Shown one piece after another: positions 40,662 to 51,174 of a stretch of 64,000 bases of DNA. Position 1 is the first letter of the stretch. The number at the start of each line of letters is the position of its first letter. Where the stretch lies: the NCBI GenBank assembly GCA_963733915.1, contig CAVTEP010000001.1:828214-892213 (forward strand), read 5' to 3'. Under the pieces are notes generated by a model, which worked only from the letters and a program-made list of their open reading frames with translations, had not been told where the DNA came from and did no database searches. Position numbers and translations under genes: made by a program. Origin of the DNA: Candidatus Sulfomarinibacteraceae bacterium. Lineage in GTDB: Bacteria > Acidobacteriota > Thermoanaerobaculia > Thermoanaerobaculales > Sulfomarinibacteraceae.

Positions 40662-42367
40662 CGGTCGAGTTCCCCGGCAATAATGTTGAGGCTGCCGAGG
40701 ATTGCGATCGAATCGGCGACGAGATGACCCTCGAGCATGTGTGGATAGGCCTGGAAGATCGCAAAACACGGCGGGCGAACCTTGATCCGATAGGGCTTGC
40801 CGCCTCCGTCGGAGACGATGTAGTAACCGAGCTCGCCGTTGGCGCCCTCAGTCGAAGAGTAGGCCGCCCCGGCCGGCACCTTGATGCCCTCGTAGATCAG
40901 CTTGAAATGCCAGATCAGGGCCTCCATCTCCGAGTAGACCTTGTCCTTTGGCGGCAGCGCGACGTGATGGTTGTCCGTGATCACAGCACCGTCGGGCAGG
41001 TTGTCGATCGCCTGTCTGATAATCGCGAGACTCTGCCGCATCTCCTCGAGACGTACGAGATAGCGCGCATAACAGTCGCCGGCGCTGGCGATCGGGACCG
41101 CAAAATCGTAGTTCTCATAGCCGAGGTAGGGTCGAGCGCGGCGCAGGTCGAAGGGCACACCACTCGCCCGCAGGCAGGGCCCGGTCCAGCCCCAGGCTAT
41201 TGCCTCTTCGGCCGACATCACCCCGATGCCCTCGGTGCGGTCGCGAAAGATGCGATTCGTGGTGACGAGCTTGTCGACATCGTCAATGAACTTGGGGATG
41301 TAGCCGAGCAGATAGCGGACCCGTTCCTCAAAGTCGCCGGGCACATCGTGGGCGAGACCGCCGACCCGGGCGTAGGACACGGTCAGACGCCCACCCGCGC
41401 AAGCTTCGAGCAGCGAATAGATCTCCTCCCGCGGCTGGAAGAAGTACCAAAAATTGGTCAGGGCACCGAGGTCCACGAGATTGGCTCCGAGGCACACGGC
41501 GTGATCCATCAGGCGCGAGAACTCGGAGAGGATCACCCGCACAGCCTGCGCCCTCGGGGGCGCCTCGATACCCAGCATCTGCTCGACGCCGAGCGCGTAG
41601 CCGACTCCGTTGATCATGCTCGAGCAGTAGTTGAGGCGGTCGGTGTAGGGGATCACCTCGTTCCAACCGTGGGTCTCGGACATCTTTTCGAAGCACCGGT
41701 GCAGGTAGCCGATTTCGGTCTCGGCCTTGGTGATGACCTCTCCTTCGAGCCGGACCACGGTGCGGATCGTGCCGTGGGTCGCCGGGTGGGAGGGTCCGAG
41801 GTTGAGGATTTGGGTTTCGAACTGGTCGTCGTCTTTTTCTTCGGTGTCGATCGCCCAGGCGGGAACCATGCTCTCGGCTTCGGTCAGGATCCAACGTTGA
41901 GCGGGATCGTAATCCTTGCGCAGCGCGTGGCCCTGAAAGGCGTCGTGGGTGAGAATGCGGCGCAGATTGGGGTGGCCGTCAAAACGGATACCCATGAGGT
42001 CCCAGGCCTCGCGCTCGAACCAATCAGCCGCCTTCCAGATGCCGTATGCGGAGGGCAGTCGGGGATCGTCCTCCGAGAGTGGGACGCGCACCCGCACCCG
42101 GCGCCCCTTGTCGAGGCTCGCGAGGTGGTAGACCACTTCGAATCGCTTGTCGCGCTCGGGATAGTCGACGCCGCACACGTCGAGGAGCAGGTTGCAGTCG
42201 AATTCGGGCTGGTCGCGGAGAGCGCGCAGCACTTCGACCAGCCGGCTCCGATCAGACGTGATCTCGGTGAAACCGTCGGCCGTCGTTACGACCTGCAGGT
42301 CGTCGCCGCCCGGTAGGAACTTGGCCAGCGGGTTTGGCGTCACCACGTCACGACTCGAGGCGGTCAT
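40658..42367 (-). CDS. nuoCD: NADH-quinone oxidoreductase fused subunit C/D
   Basis: Motifs [27 protein letters not shown] and C-terminal GELDR. Confidence 0.95.
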   Translation of the reverse strand: MTASSRDVVTPNPLAKFLPGGDDLQVVTTADGFTEITSDRSRLVEVLRALRDQPEFDCNLLLDVCGVDYPERDKRFEVVYHLASLDKGRRVRVRVPLSEDDPRLPSAYGIWKAADWFEREAWDLMGIRFDGHPNLRRILTHDAFQGHALRKDYDPAQRWILTEAESMVPAWAIDTEEKDDDQFETQILNLGPSHPATHGTIRTVVRLEGEVITKAETEIGYLHRCFEKMSETHGWNEVIPYTDRLNYCSSMINGVGYALGVEQMLGIEAPPRAQAVRVILSEFSRLMDHAVCLGANLVDLGALTNFWYFFQPREEIYSLLEACAGGRLTVSYARVGGLAHDVPGDFEERVRYLLGYIPKFIDDVDKLVTTNRIFRDRTEGIGVMSAEEAIAWGWTGPCLRASGVPFDLRRARPYLGYENYDFAVPIASAGDCYARYLVRLEEMRQSLAIIRQAIDNLPDGAVITDNHHVALPPKDKVYSEMEALIWHFKLIYEGIKVPAGAAYSSTEGANGELGYYIVSDGGGKPYRIKVRPPCFAIFQAYPHMLEGHLVADSIAILGSLNIIAGELDR

Positions 42368-42833
42368 AATGTGTCTCTCCGCGCTGGATCAGCTCCTGGA
42401 GCATGAAAACCCCCTCCATCAGGGCCTCGGGAGTCGGGGGGCAGCCCGGCACGTAGACGTCGACAGGGATGAATTCGTCGACGCCCTGGACAACGTGGTA
42501 GGCGCGATAGAACCCGCCGGTGCAAGCGCAGGCGCCCATCGATATCACGTACTTCGGCTCCGCCATCTGGTCATAGATCCGCTTGACCACCGGCGCCATC
42601 TTGTCGGTAATGGTCCCGGCGACGATCAACATGTCGGATTGGCGCGGGGAGAAGCGAACGACCTCGGCGCCGAACCGCGCGAGATCGTAGTGCGAGGAAA
42701 CCGTTGACATGAACTCGATCGCGCAGCAGGCGGTACCGAAAGGGAGGGGCCACAAGCTGTTTTTTCGCGCCCACGCGAGCATTGTTTCGAGCCGGGTCGT
42801 GAGCAGCGAAGAGCTGCCGTCGGGTTGACGCAT
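42348..42833 (-). CDS. nuoB: NADH-quinone oxidoreductase subunit B
   Basis: Motifs [14 protein letters not shown] and VPGCPP. Confidence 0.96.
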   Translation of the reverse strand: MRQPDGSSSLLTTRLETMLAWARKNSLWPLPFGTACCAIEFMSTVSSHYDLARFGAEVVRFSPRQSDMLIVAGTITDKMAPVVKRIYDQMAEPKYVISMGACACTGGFYRAYHVVQGVDEFIPVDVYVPGCPPTPEALMEGVFMLQELIQRGETHYDRLES

Positions 42834-43054
42834 TCGGCCTCCTAGGACGACGTTGCGGCCGCATTATACAGCCGCCGACGGCCAACGGTCGGACATCTGA
42901 AACAACCCCCATCGAGCCGGAAAATATTGCGTTTCGAAGCTTTGCGTGATAATTATTTTGATGTGACGGTCTCGCTGTCGCCGCCCTGAACAAATGGAGC
43001 ATTCTGTCCAGGCGGCTTCGGTAAGGCCGGTTTGAGAGATCAAGGAGTGGGCGG

Positions 43055-43345
43055 ATGGAGAAGAGACTGTTTGTCGGAAACCTGGCCTACGATGTCGGCG
43101 AGAGCGAACTCGAGACCGCATTTGCGGACCACGGCACAGTCGTAAGTGCGGTTGTCATCCGGGACCGTGAGACGGGTCGTTCGCGTGGCTTCGGCTTTGT
43201 CGAGATGGAGACCGAGGAGGAGGCCGAGAGCGCGGCGGGCGCGCTGGACGGTTTCGAATTGGATGGCCGACGCCTGCGGGTCAATGAAGCTCAACCGAAA
43301 AAAGATGATCGCCAGCGGCGCTCGGACTTTGGAGAGCGCTGGTAG
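43055..43345 (+). CDS. RRM RNA-binding protein
   Basis: RNP2 LFVGNL and RNP1 RGFGFVEM. Confidence 0.95.
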   Translation: MEKRLFVGNLAYDVGESELETAFADHGTVVSAVVIRDRETGRSRGFGFVEMETEEEAESAAGALDGFELDGRRLRVNEAQPKKDDRQRRSDFGERW

Positions 43346-43365
43346 TTTCAAGAGGGCGCTGAACG

Positions 43366-43393
43366 AAAAAGCCCCGCTTGCGCGGGGCTTTTT
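43366..43393. terminator. Bidirectional Rho-independent terminator
   Basis: AAAAA-GCCCCGC-TTGC-GCGGGGC-TTTTT between convergent genes. Confidence 0.92.
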
Positions 43394-43405
43394 CATTACT
43401 GCGGG

Positions 43406-44113
43406 CTAGAAATTGTACGAAAATCCTCCGACCACCTGAAGGCCGGAGAGATCGATGGTACCGAATCCCGCGAAATCGCCATTGAGCTCGTCCTCCGCCC
43501 ACCGGTATCGGCCCTCGAAAAAGAAGCTCCACTGACGGCTGAGCCGGAAGTCGATTCCGGCGAGCGCGAGCAGTTCCCAGGTCACCTGGTCGGCCTGGTA
43601 GGTGGCAAACACGATCGGAAGATCGTCGTCGGCGAAATCGATGAAGTAGCCCTCCTCGCGCAGCCTCCACCACACAAAACCGCCGCCGGCGCCGACGTAC
43701 GGTCGCACGGTGGCGCTGCCAAACCGCACCACGTAGGCCGCCGTGAGGTCGGCGAGTCCGAGTGAGGTTGTGTGACTGATGTCCCCGCCGTCGCCATCCA
43801 CGTAATCGATATAGGCCTGAGTTGCCGTGCCTTCGTAGAAGCTGACCCCAAAGAGCACCCCCCCGTAGCGCGAGGTGCGCCACAGGTAATCGGTGCCGAA
43901 GACGAGATCGTCGAAGCTCGAGGCCGAGCCCGTAAAGGTATCGAAATCCTCGTCCCAGAACTGCGAATCGGCGGCCGGTTGAAACATCCCGCCATAGAAC
44001 CGCCAGGAACCGAAGTCGCCGGGCTGCCAGTTGCCCTGAGCCTCGGCGTGGACGGTCCACAGGCAGGCGAGGGCAAGACCGATGGTAATCACGAGGGATG
44101 GTTGACGGTGCAT
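43406..44113 (-). CDS. Outer-membrane beta-barrel protein
   Basis: Signal peptide (AEA), PYVGAGGG and terminal GFSYNF; SD GGAGG. Confidence 0.8.
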   Translation of the reverse strand: MHRQPSLVITIGLALACLWTVHAEAQGNWQPGDFGSWRFYGGMFQPAADSQFWDEDFDTFTGSASSFDDLVFGTDYLWRTSRYGGVLFGVSFYEGTATQAYIDYVDGDGGDISHTTSLGLADLTAAYVVRFGSATVRPYVGAGGGFVWWRLREEGYFIDFADDDLPIVFATYQADQVTWELLALAGIDFRLSRQWSFFFEGRYRWAEDELNGDFAGFGTIDLSGLQVVGGFSYNF

Positions 44114-44286
44114 CTGAACCTCCTTCTGCCCGGCCGATATCGGCGCTCCGGACACTGTACCTCGATATTTAGCAACATCGGTGCCATGCTGCGAAACGTT
44201 GAGCGCCAGAACTCGGTGAGTGATTCCGTTGGGCGCTCCGTCTCGTCCAGGTTTCGAAGTGTAACCGGGAGGAGACACTAGGAGGG

Positions 44287-44553
44287 CGTTAGAACGTTCA
44301 ACGTTCGAACGTTAGAACGTTCCACCCACCCACCCCGAAGCCGTTGGTCGCATTCGTTGAATCGGCAGTCAGGGACAGCGGCGGGAACAGCGTCGGCGGC
44401 CGGAGACCGCGTCAGGGGCGGCCCACAGCGACGGCACCCGGAGGACCGGCACTGAAATCGTCGATCGACAGTCACGCGGCTTCTCACAGACGGGGGAGGG
44501 TGTGATGGGAACGTTTAACGTTCTAACGTTCTAACGTTCTAACGATCCAACGG
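44287..44553 (-). repeat. Trailer-module unit flanked by inverted (AACGTT..) octamer arms and CCCACCC/GGGAGGG brackets
   Basis: Core CGGAGACCGCGTCAGGGGCGGCCCACAGC is the reverse complement of the trailer at 39056 and 39902; closely similar to 45410-45585. Confidence 0.85.
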
Positions 44554-44610
44554 TTGGTCTACCCCTGGCCACCGATGAGCTTTCCCGGCTAGGATGAGTG
44601 AGGGGTACCC

Positions 44611-45372
44611 ATGATCAACCGGCTCATCCACGGAGACGTGCACGTGTTGCGGCTGAACCGGCCACCGGTGAACGCACTGTCGCCCGAACTCCTGCGGCTG
44701 CTGGCGGAGGAGGTCCGCTGTGCTCCGGAACGCGGCGCCAGGGCCCTGATCCTCACGGGAGGCGAGGGAATGTTCTCGGCGGGTCTCGACGTGCCGCTCC
44801 TGATGACGCTCGATCGGAAGTCTCTGGCTGAGGCGTTGGTCACCTTCTTCGACGCCATCGAATCACTGGCAGCATCGACGGTGCCGTTGGCGGCCGCCAT
44901 CACCGGTCACAGCCCGGCCGGCGGAGCAGTCCTCGCGTTGTGTTGCGATTGGCGGGTGATGGCCGCCGGCGAGTACACGATCGGCCTCAACGAGGTGCGG
45001 ATCGGCATCCCGGTCCCCGACATCTTGGCGGTGCTGGCGACGCGCGCCGTCGGTCCGCGAGTCGCCGAGTCGCTGTGCGTGTCGGGTCGTCTCGTGGCGG
45101 CTGAGGAGGCGCTGAGGATCGGGTTGATCGACGAGGTCGCGCCGATGAAGCACGTGGTCGATACGGCCCTTGCGTGGTGCGAGCGAATCATCGAGGCCCC
45201 GGTGAAGGCTCTATCCGACACCAGGTTGGTCATGCGCCGCGACCTCGTCGAGGCGATTCGATCGTGCCGCGAGGAGGACACCCGGCGCCTCGCAGATCTC
45301 TGGTTCCAGCCCGAACTCCAGGCCGCGATGCGAGCCCTGGTCGAGCGCCTCAAAGGCGAGCTGAATTCTTAA
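44611..45372 (+). CDS. Enoyl-CoA hydratase/isomerase family (delta3,delta2-isomerase-like)
   Basis: Motifs NRPPVNAL, FSAGLD, GHSPAGG and IGLNE. Confidence 0.9.
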   Translation: MINRLIHGDVHVLRLNRPPVNALSPELLRLLAEEVRCAPERGARALILTGGEGMFSAGLDVPLLMTLDRKSLAEALVTFFDAIESLAASTVPLAAAITGHSPAGGAVLALCCDWRVMAAGEYTIGLNEVRIGIPVPDILAVLATRAVGPRVAESLCVSGRLVAAEEALRIGLIDEVAPMKHVVDTALAWCERIIEAPVKALSDTRLVMRRDLVEAIRSCREEDTRRLADLWFQPELQAAMRALVERLKGELNS

Positions 45373-45858
45373 TTCTCAATTCTCGAATTCTCAATTTTGA
45401 ATTCCCACCCGCCCCTCCACGAAGCTGTGGATCCCATCAGTTGCAACGGCGTACAGGGACAGCGGCAGGAACAGCGCCAGCGGCCGGAGATCGCGTTAAG
45501 GGCAGTCCACAGCGACGGCACCAGGACGGACCGGTACTGAAACTGTCGACAGCCACGCAGCCTCTGAAAAACCGGGGAGGGTGGGAACGTTGAACGTTCT
45601 AACGTTTGAACGCTGCACCCACCCCCCACGAAGCCGTCGTCACGATTCCTGTTCGCTGCCCCGGTCGCTGCTCTCTGATTCTGACCCTGCCTCTGCGGAC
45701 TGTCGCTGCCGCTGCTGACCAAAAGTCGCGATCTTGAATCTCTCCCAATTTCGGGTGAGCCCCATTCGTACTTCCAATCTTCTTTGCCTGCCCGGTTATC
45801 TGCGGGAGGGGAGGGTGGAATTCAAAATTGAGAATTGAGAATTCAGAATTGGGAATTC
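45364..45858 (-). mobile_element. Gene-less derivative of the four-helix element: trailer and leader modules inside (AATTCTC)n/(GAGAATT)n arms
   Basis: 45410-45585 is the trailer (reverse complement). 45620-45760 is the leader (reverse complement of ...GGGGCAGCGA..TCGTGACGACGG). Same order as copy 2 but without hairpin or gene. Confidence 0.7.
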
Positions 45859-45931
45859 GCCCTTGCGGGGCGCTACCGAGATTCTCTTGAGTCGGATACA
45901 ATGCGCGGGCCTATCGTCCTGGAGGACTCGC

Positions 45932-47470
45932 GTGAAGATACCGTCGCTCGTTCTGAAGCAGCTCTATACCCTCGGAAGTCTGGAAAACACGTCCGATGGG
46001 GTGGTCTTCGGGCTCAAGAATCGCCTCAGCGACGCGGTGGTCACCGGCGTCGAGGAGATCTCAGTCGACAAGAAGACCGTTCGATTCGACGCCCTCCAGT
46101 TCACGATCGGCGACAAGACCTTTGCGCCGGCCGACGTGAGCGCCGAAAACCCGATCGTTTTCCCCCTCGGCAAAATCATGACCGTGCTGTGGAAGGGGGA
46201 GAGGTTGGGAATCGGGAAGCACGCGATCGCGGTGAGTGTCGACTCCACCCCCTTCGGCAAGCTCTCGTTTTCGGTCAAGGACTCAATTCGCGAGACCAGG
46301 GAAGAGCGGGTCAAGGTCCCCTACGACCGCGAGGACGACTACAGCGGTGAAATCATCGGCCGACGGCAGAAATTCGCCCGTACGTTTTCCGGCGTCGACT
46401 TCAAGCACGTTTCGAAGTACTCCTTCGATCCCGCCGGAACCAAGGGCAATATCGAGAGCTTCGTCGGCGTGGCGCAGGTGCCGATCGGACTTGCCGGACC
46501 GATCAAGGTCAACGGCGAGTACGCGCAGGGTGAGTTTTTGGTGCCGTTGGCGACCACCGAGGGGACTCTTGTTGCATCGTACAATCGGGGTATCAAGGTG
46601 CTCAATCTCTCCGGGGGCGTCACCTGTACGGTGTCGGATGACCGGATGCAGCGGGCGCCGGTTTTTGTCTTTGCCTCGGCGAGGGAGGCGCGGGAGTTTC
46701 GCAACTGGGTCGCCGAGCACCTGGACGGCATCGCCCAGGCCGCGGAGGCAACCTCGAGCGTGGCCAAGCTCCTCGACATCGATACGTTTCTGGCGAGCCG
46801 TTTTGCCTATCTCCGTTTCAATTACTCGACCGGCGACGCCGCCGGCCAGAACATGGTCGGACGCGCTACCTTCGCCGCCTGTTCGTGGATCCTGGACAAC
46901 GTCGGCAACATCGAACGTTTCTACCTCGAGTCGAACCTCGCCACCGACAAGAAGCACTCGCAGATCAACATCATGCGCACCCGTGGCAAACGGGTGATCG
47001 CCGAGGCGGTGGTCAGCCGCGATGTTCTCGTGCAGCACATGCGGGTCGAACCCGAGAGCCTTCAGTACCACTCCCAGATCTCCAACGTCGGCTCCTTCCT
47101 GTCGGGCGCCAATAACAACGGGGCCCATTCGCCGAACGGCATTACGGCGATGTTCATCGCCACCGGGCAGGACGTCGCCAACGTCGCCGAGTCATCGGCG
47201 GGAATCCTGTATACCGAGCTCAGACCGGACGGCGATCTCTACATGTCCCTGACCATTCCGTCGTTGATCGTCGCGACCTTTGGCGGCGGTACCGGCCTGC
47301 CGACCCAGCGTGAGTGTCTGGAGCTGATGGGTTGCGTGGGCAAGGGGAAGGTCAAGAAACTGGCCGAGATCATCGCCGGTGTCGCGTTGGCGGGCGAGAT
47401 CTCCCTGGGTTCGGCCATCTCTTCGCTCGACTGGGTGTCGAGCCACGAGAAGTACGGCCGGAACAGGTGA
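45932..47470 (+). CDS. Class I HMG-CoA reductase with an extra N-terminal domain
   Basis: Motifs PLATTEGTLVAS, GDAAGQNM, ATGQDVA, GGGTGLP and GEIS. GTG start with SD GGAGG. Confidence 0.9.
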   Translation: MKIPSLVLKQLYTLGSLENTSDGVVFGLKNRLSDAVVTGVEEISVDKKTVRFDALQFTIGDKTFAPADVSAENPIVFPLGKIMTVLWKGERLGIGKHAIAVSVDSTPFGKLSFSVKDSIRETREERVKVPYDREDDYSGEIIGRRQKFARTFSGVDFKHVSKYSFDPAGTKGNIESFVGVAQVPIGLAGPIKVNGEYAQGEFLVPLATTEGTLVASYNRGIKVLNLSGGVTCTVSDDRMQRAPVFVFASAREAREFRNWVAEHLDGIAQAAEATSSVAKLLDIDTFLASRFAYLRFNYSTGDAAGQNMVGRATFAACSWILDNVGNIERFYLESNLATDKKHSQINIMRTRGKRVIAEAVVSRDVLVQHMRVEPESLQYHSQISNVGSFLSGANNNGAHSPNGITAMFIATGQDVANVAESSAGILYTELRPDGDLYMSLTIPSLIVATFGGGTGLPTQRECLELMGCVGKGKVKKLAEIIAGVALAGEISLGSAISSLDWVSSHEKYGRNR

Positions 47471-47492
47471 AGCGGCGCCGGCGGGCACGGTG

Positions 47493-49187
47493 ATGGAGGA
47501 GAACCCGCCCTCGGCTCCGGTCGGCACGACAGGCCCTGTGGCTGAAGAGCGCAGACGGGTCTCTCGCCGAGCGTACATCAACATTCCGGGCCTCGCCCGT
47601 CGTGGGCGGGCGACGCTGCGACAGGTCATCTCGCTGCTCTTCGGCGGCTATGTGGCGTCGGTCGAGGCGAGCCGTCGACGCGGCGGGCGTGGCGTGCTTT
47701 TCCGGCTGCGGGCGATGGTCGCGTGGATATTCCGCAGGTTTCTCGATCCGAAAATCGCCAATCAACCGTTTCCGGTCCAGCTCCGGCTGCGTCTGGAAAT
47801 GCTCGGGCCGACCTACGTCAAGCTCGGCCAGATCCTGAGCCTGCGGCAGGACATTCTGCCGCCGTCGGTCACCGGCGAGCTGCGCAATCTCCTCTCGGAT
47901 TTGCCGCCGGTCGATTTTGACCAGATTCGGAACATCGTCGAGCTCGAGCTCGGGCGGCCGATCGACGAGATCTTCGCCGAGGTCGATCCGCAGCCCTTGG
48001 GGTCGGCCTCGATCGCGCAGAGCCACTGGGCGCGGCTCGCCTCGGGCGAACAGGTGATCCTCAAGGTGGTCAAGCCGGGCATCCGCGATCTGCTCTATCG
48101 CGACGCGACTCTGCTGCGAACCACCGGCAGGTTCCTGCAACTGATCATTCCCCGCTACCAGCCGCGGCGCGTGGTCGACGAGTTCTGCGAGTACACCCTT
48201 CGCGAAGTGGAGATGAAACTCGAAGCGGAGAACGCCGAGACCTTCGCCAGCAACTTCGCCGATGAGCCGGACATCGTGTTCCCGCGCATCTACCGCGAAT
48301 ACTCCGGCAACAGCGTCCTCTGCATGGAGTATCTGCACGGCGTGCGGCCGGACGACGAGAGAGCGCGGTCGATGCCCCTGGAGGAGCGGCAGCGCCTGAT
48401 CGACCTCGGAGCGGGGGCGATCATTCGCATGCTGTACCAGGACGGCTTTTTCCACGCCGACCTTCACCCCGCCAACATGCTGGTCCTGCCGGGCGTCAGG
48501 ATCGGCTTCCTCGATCTCGGGATGGTCGGCCACTTCGACCCGGTGCTGCGCCACAGCCTGCTCGAGCTCTTCTACGCCATGGTCATGGAGGACTTCGATG
48601 GCGCGGCACGCCACCTGGCCGCCGTCTCCCAGACCGAACCGCGGTCCGACGTGGTGGGTTTTCGAAACGCGGTGCGCGAGCTGGCCCGCAGGTGGCGGCG
48701 GCAGGCGAAGTTCGAGGAGTTTTCGCTCGCATACCTGATTCTCGAGTGCATCCAGCTCGGCGCCCGCTACCACCTCTACTTCCCGGTCGACATGGTCCTC
48801 ATGGTGAAGGCGCTGGTCACCTACGAAGGTGTCGGCTATCTGCTCGACCCGGACTTCAACGTGGCCGAGGTCTCGGAGCATTTTCTCGCTCGGATCCTTC
48901 GCCAGGAATACTCGCCCTCCCGTCTGTGGAGGGAGGCCCTGCGCATGGCGCCGGACATTTTTGACGCGCTCATGAAAACGCCGCTCCTGGTTTCGGAGGG
49001 TCTCAGCGCGCTCGAAGGGAGGACGCGGCGGCGCCCACAGCGTCCGTTGACGGGGGTGCGGGCGACCCTCTTCGGCGGCGCCTGTCTGGTGGCCGGAGCG
49101 ATCCTGATCGGCCTCGACGGCCCCTGGGTGTTGTCCGCGTTGCTCCTCACCATCGGCCTGCTCTTACCGCTGCGGCGCGGCGACTGA
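47493..49187 (+). CDS. ABC1/UbiB family kinase-like protein
   Basis: Motifs GPTYVKLGQ, SASIAQ and FHADLHPAN; C-terminal TMs. Confidence 0.9.
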   Translation: MEENPPSAPVGTTGPVAEERRRVSRRAYINIPGLARRGRATLRQVISLLFGGYVASVEASRRRGGRGVLFRLRAMVAWIFRRFLDPKIANQPFPVQLRLRLEMLGPTYVKLGQILSLRQDILPPSVTGELRNLLSDLPPVDFDQIRNIVELELGRPIDEIFAEVDPQPLGSASIAQSHWARLASGEQVILKVVKPGIRDLLYRDATLLRTTGRFLQLIIPRYQPRRVVDEFCEYTLREVEMKLEAENAETFASNFADEPDIVFPRIYREYSGNSVLCMEYLHGVRPDDERARSMPLEERQRLIDLGAGAIIRMLYQDGFFHADLHPANMLVLPGVRIGFLDLGMVGHFDPVLRHSLLELFYAMVMEDFDGAARHLAAVSQTEPRSDVVGFRNAVRELARRWRRQAKFEEFSLAYLILECIQLGARYHLYFPVDMVLMVKALVTYEGVGYLLDPDFNVAEVSEHFLARILRQEYSPSRLWREALRMAPDIFDALMKTPLLVSEGLSALEGRTRRRPQRPLTGVRATLFGGACLVAGAILIGLDGPWVLSALLLTIGLLLPLRRGD

Positions 49188-49338
49188 TTGGTAACAGGGC
49201 TTCACGATTGGTCGCGGTTGACAGGATCCTTTACCGCTTCCCGTCTTGTGAATTTTTTGGCCGGTGATATCCTCCGCGCGTGCGGGTTCGAAGATCGCCA
49301 TCGGGCCCGGACCAGTGGCCCCAAACAGGAGGTAACTC

Positions 49339-50784
49339 ATGCGATACCAGAATATTGCACGGCTCGTAGTGGCAGCGGTCACGGTCGTGATCGGGACCGC
49401 GGAAGCAACCGACGTGACCCTCCAACAGGTCACCTACCCTGAACGGAACGAGATCGAGATCGGTTTTTCGCGCGACCAAAGGGCACCCGAGGCGACGCTG
49501 ATCGCCGAGGTCGAGTATCGCGAGGGACAGGCCAACATGAACATTCGGTTTCGGGACATGAAACCGGCGATCCTGTTTGGCGGTGACGTCACCTGCTACG
49601 TGCTGTGGGCGGTGACGCCCGAAGGCTCGACCGAGAACCTCGGCGAGTTGTGGGTGCGGAACGACACCGATACCGTGGAGTACTCCACGGGGCTCAAGTC
49701 ATTCGCGATGATGGTGACGGCAGAATCCCATCCGCGGGTTTCGTCGCCCTCCGAGCTGGTGATGTTCCTGTCCGAGGCCGCGAAGGCAAAGATGGCGCCG
49801 TCGGTCGCATTCACCTTTTCAGCCTTCGCGCCAGCGCCGATGATCGAGTATCCCTCGGTGGCGCGGGTCATCTGGGACAAGGGCCAGCCACTCGACCTTC
49901 GCCAGGCCGAAAAGGCCTACGAGCTGGCGGTCGCGGCCGGCGCCGAGGAGTACGCTCCGAGCGTGCTGCGGAGGGCCTTCACCGCGCTCACGCAGGCCCG
50001 CAATTACACCGCGGTCAAGAAGGACAAGGCGGCGGTGGATTACAGCGATCGCTCGCTCGCTCTCAGCGCCGAGGCGTTGCAGGTAACGGCGCAGAGCAAG
50101 GAGGCGGAGGCGGTCGAGGCGGAAATCGCCCGCCGCACGGCGGAGATGGACGCTCTGCTGGCGCGGGCCGGTGAGGCGGAGGCCAGCGCGGCTGCCGCGG
50201 CCGCCGCCTTTACCGAGGCCCAGCGTCAACGGCAAGAGGCGGACGCCGCGGTGTCGATGGCCCAACGCGAGCTGGCGCGCATCGAGGCGGAACGCCTCGA
50301 GCTCCAGGGCGCGGTGACGGCCCTCCAGGAACAGGCGGCCAGCCTCGCCCGCGAGAAAGAAGATCTCTCGGCACGGCTCCAGGGCGCGCTGTCGGCGGTT
50401 GCCGACACCCAGTCCACCGCCCGCGGCATGATCGTCAGCTTGCCTGACATCCTTTTCGACACCAATGAGGCGACCCTCAAAAACGATGCCAAGGTGGTGA
50501 TCGCCAAGCTTGCCGGCATCCTGCTCATCATGCCCGAGCTCAATCTCCGGATTGAGGGCCACACCGATTCGACCGGCAGCCCCGAGTACAACCAGGGTCT
50601 GTCCGAGCGGCGGGCGGCATCGGTCCGCGACTTCCTGGCCCAGCAGGGGATCGCGTGGCAGCGGATGATGTCGATCGGCTATGGCCTGACCCGGCCGGTC
50701 GCCGACAACGCGACCGGCGAGGGCCGCGCCAAGAACCGACGGGTCGAAATCGTCATCGCCGAAGGTGTTGTCGCGGAGAATTAG
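49339..50784 (+). CDS. OmpA-family peptidoglycan-binding protein with coiled coil
   Basis: Motifs IEGHTD, LSERRA and NRRVEI; signal peptide. Confidence 0.9.
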   Translation: MRYQNIARLVVAAVTVVIGTAEATDVTLQQVTYPERNEIEIGFSRDQRAPEATLIAEVEYREGQANMNIRFRDMKPAILFGGDVTCYVLWAVTPEGSTENLGELWVRNDTDTVEYSTGLKSFAMMVTAESHPRVSSPSELVMFLSEAAKAKMAPSVAFTFSAFAPAPMIEYPSVARVIWDKGQPLDLRQAEKAYELAVAAGAEEYAPSVLRRAFTALTQARNYTAVKKDKAAVDYSDRSLALSAEALQVTAQSKEAEAVEAEIARRTAEMDALLARAGEAEASAAAAAAAFTEAQRQRQEADAAVSMAQRELARIEAERLELQGAVTALQEQAASLAREKEDLSARLQGALSAVADTQSTARGMIVSLPDILFDTNEATLKNDAKVVIAKLAGILLIMPELNLRIEGHTDSTGSPEYNQGLSERRAASVRDFLAQQGIAWQRMMSIGYGLTRPVADNATGEGRAKNRRVEIVIAEGVVAEN

Positions 50785-51015
50785 CCCCCACAATTCTCCA
50801 GGTTGATTCCTGTCAACCTGGAGAATTGTCATGCCACATTTTCGCCACATTCTGCCTCGAGATTTCCTTGCTTCGGGACCACCCGCGTCGGATTTGCGGA
50901 TTGGAATGAAAACGCGTCGGTGACGGCTTGGCGAATCGCTGCGAGTAGTCTAGGATGCGAAGCGACAACTGTGGCCGGTCGTGGACCGCACCGATGCTGA
51001 ACGGAGGCCGAAATC

Positions 51016-51126
51016 GTGCAAGAGATCGAAACCCAGGCAAACCAGTCCTCGAACCACATCCTGTTTCCGATGGCGGTCGGCATTCTTTTTATCGCGGTCC
51101 TGGTGGTCGGCGCCCTCCTCGGGTGA
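51016..51126 (+). CDS. Putative 36-aa single-TM small protein
   Basis: GGAGG at 51003-51007, then GTG start: MQEIETQANQSSNHILFPMAVGILFIAVLVVGALLG*. Confidence 0.5.
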   Translation: MQEIETQANQSSNHILFPMAVGILFIAVLVVGALLG

Positions 51127-51174
51127 GACCGGCGCGTTTGCGGGAGACAGCCTCTCTGCCGCGTCATATTTCAA

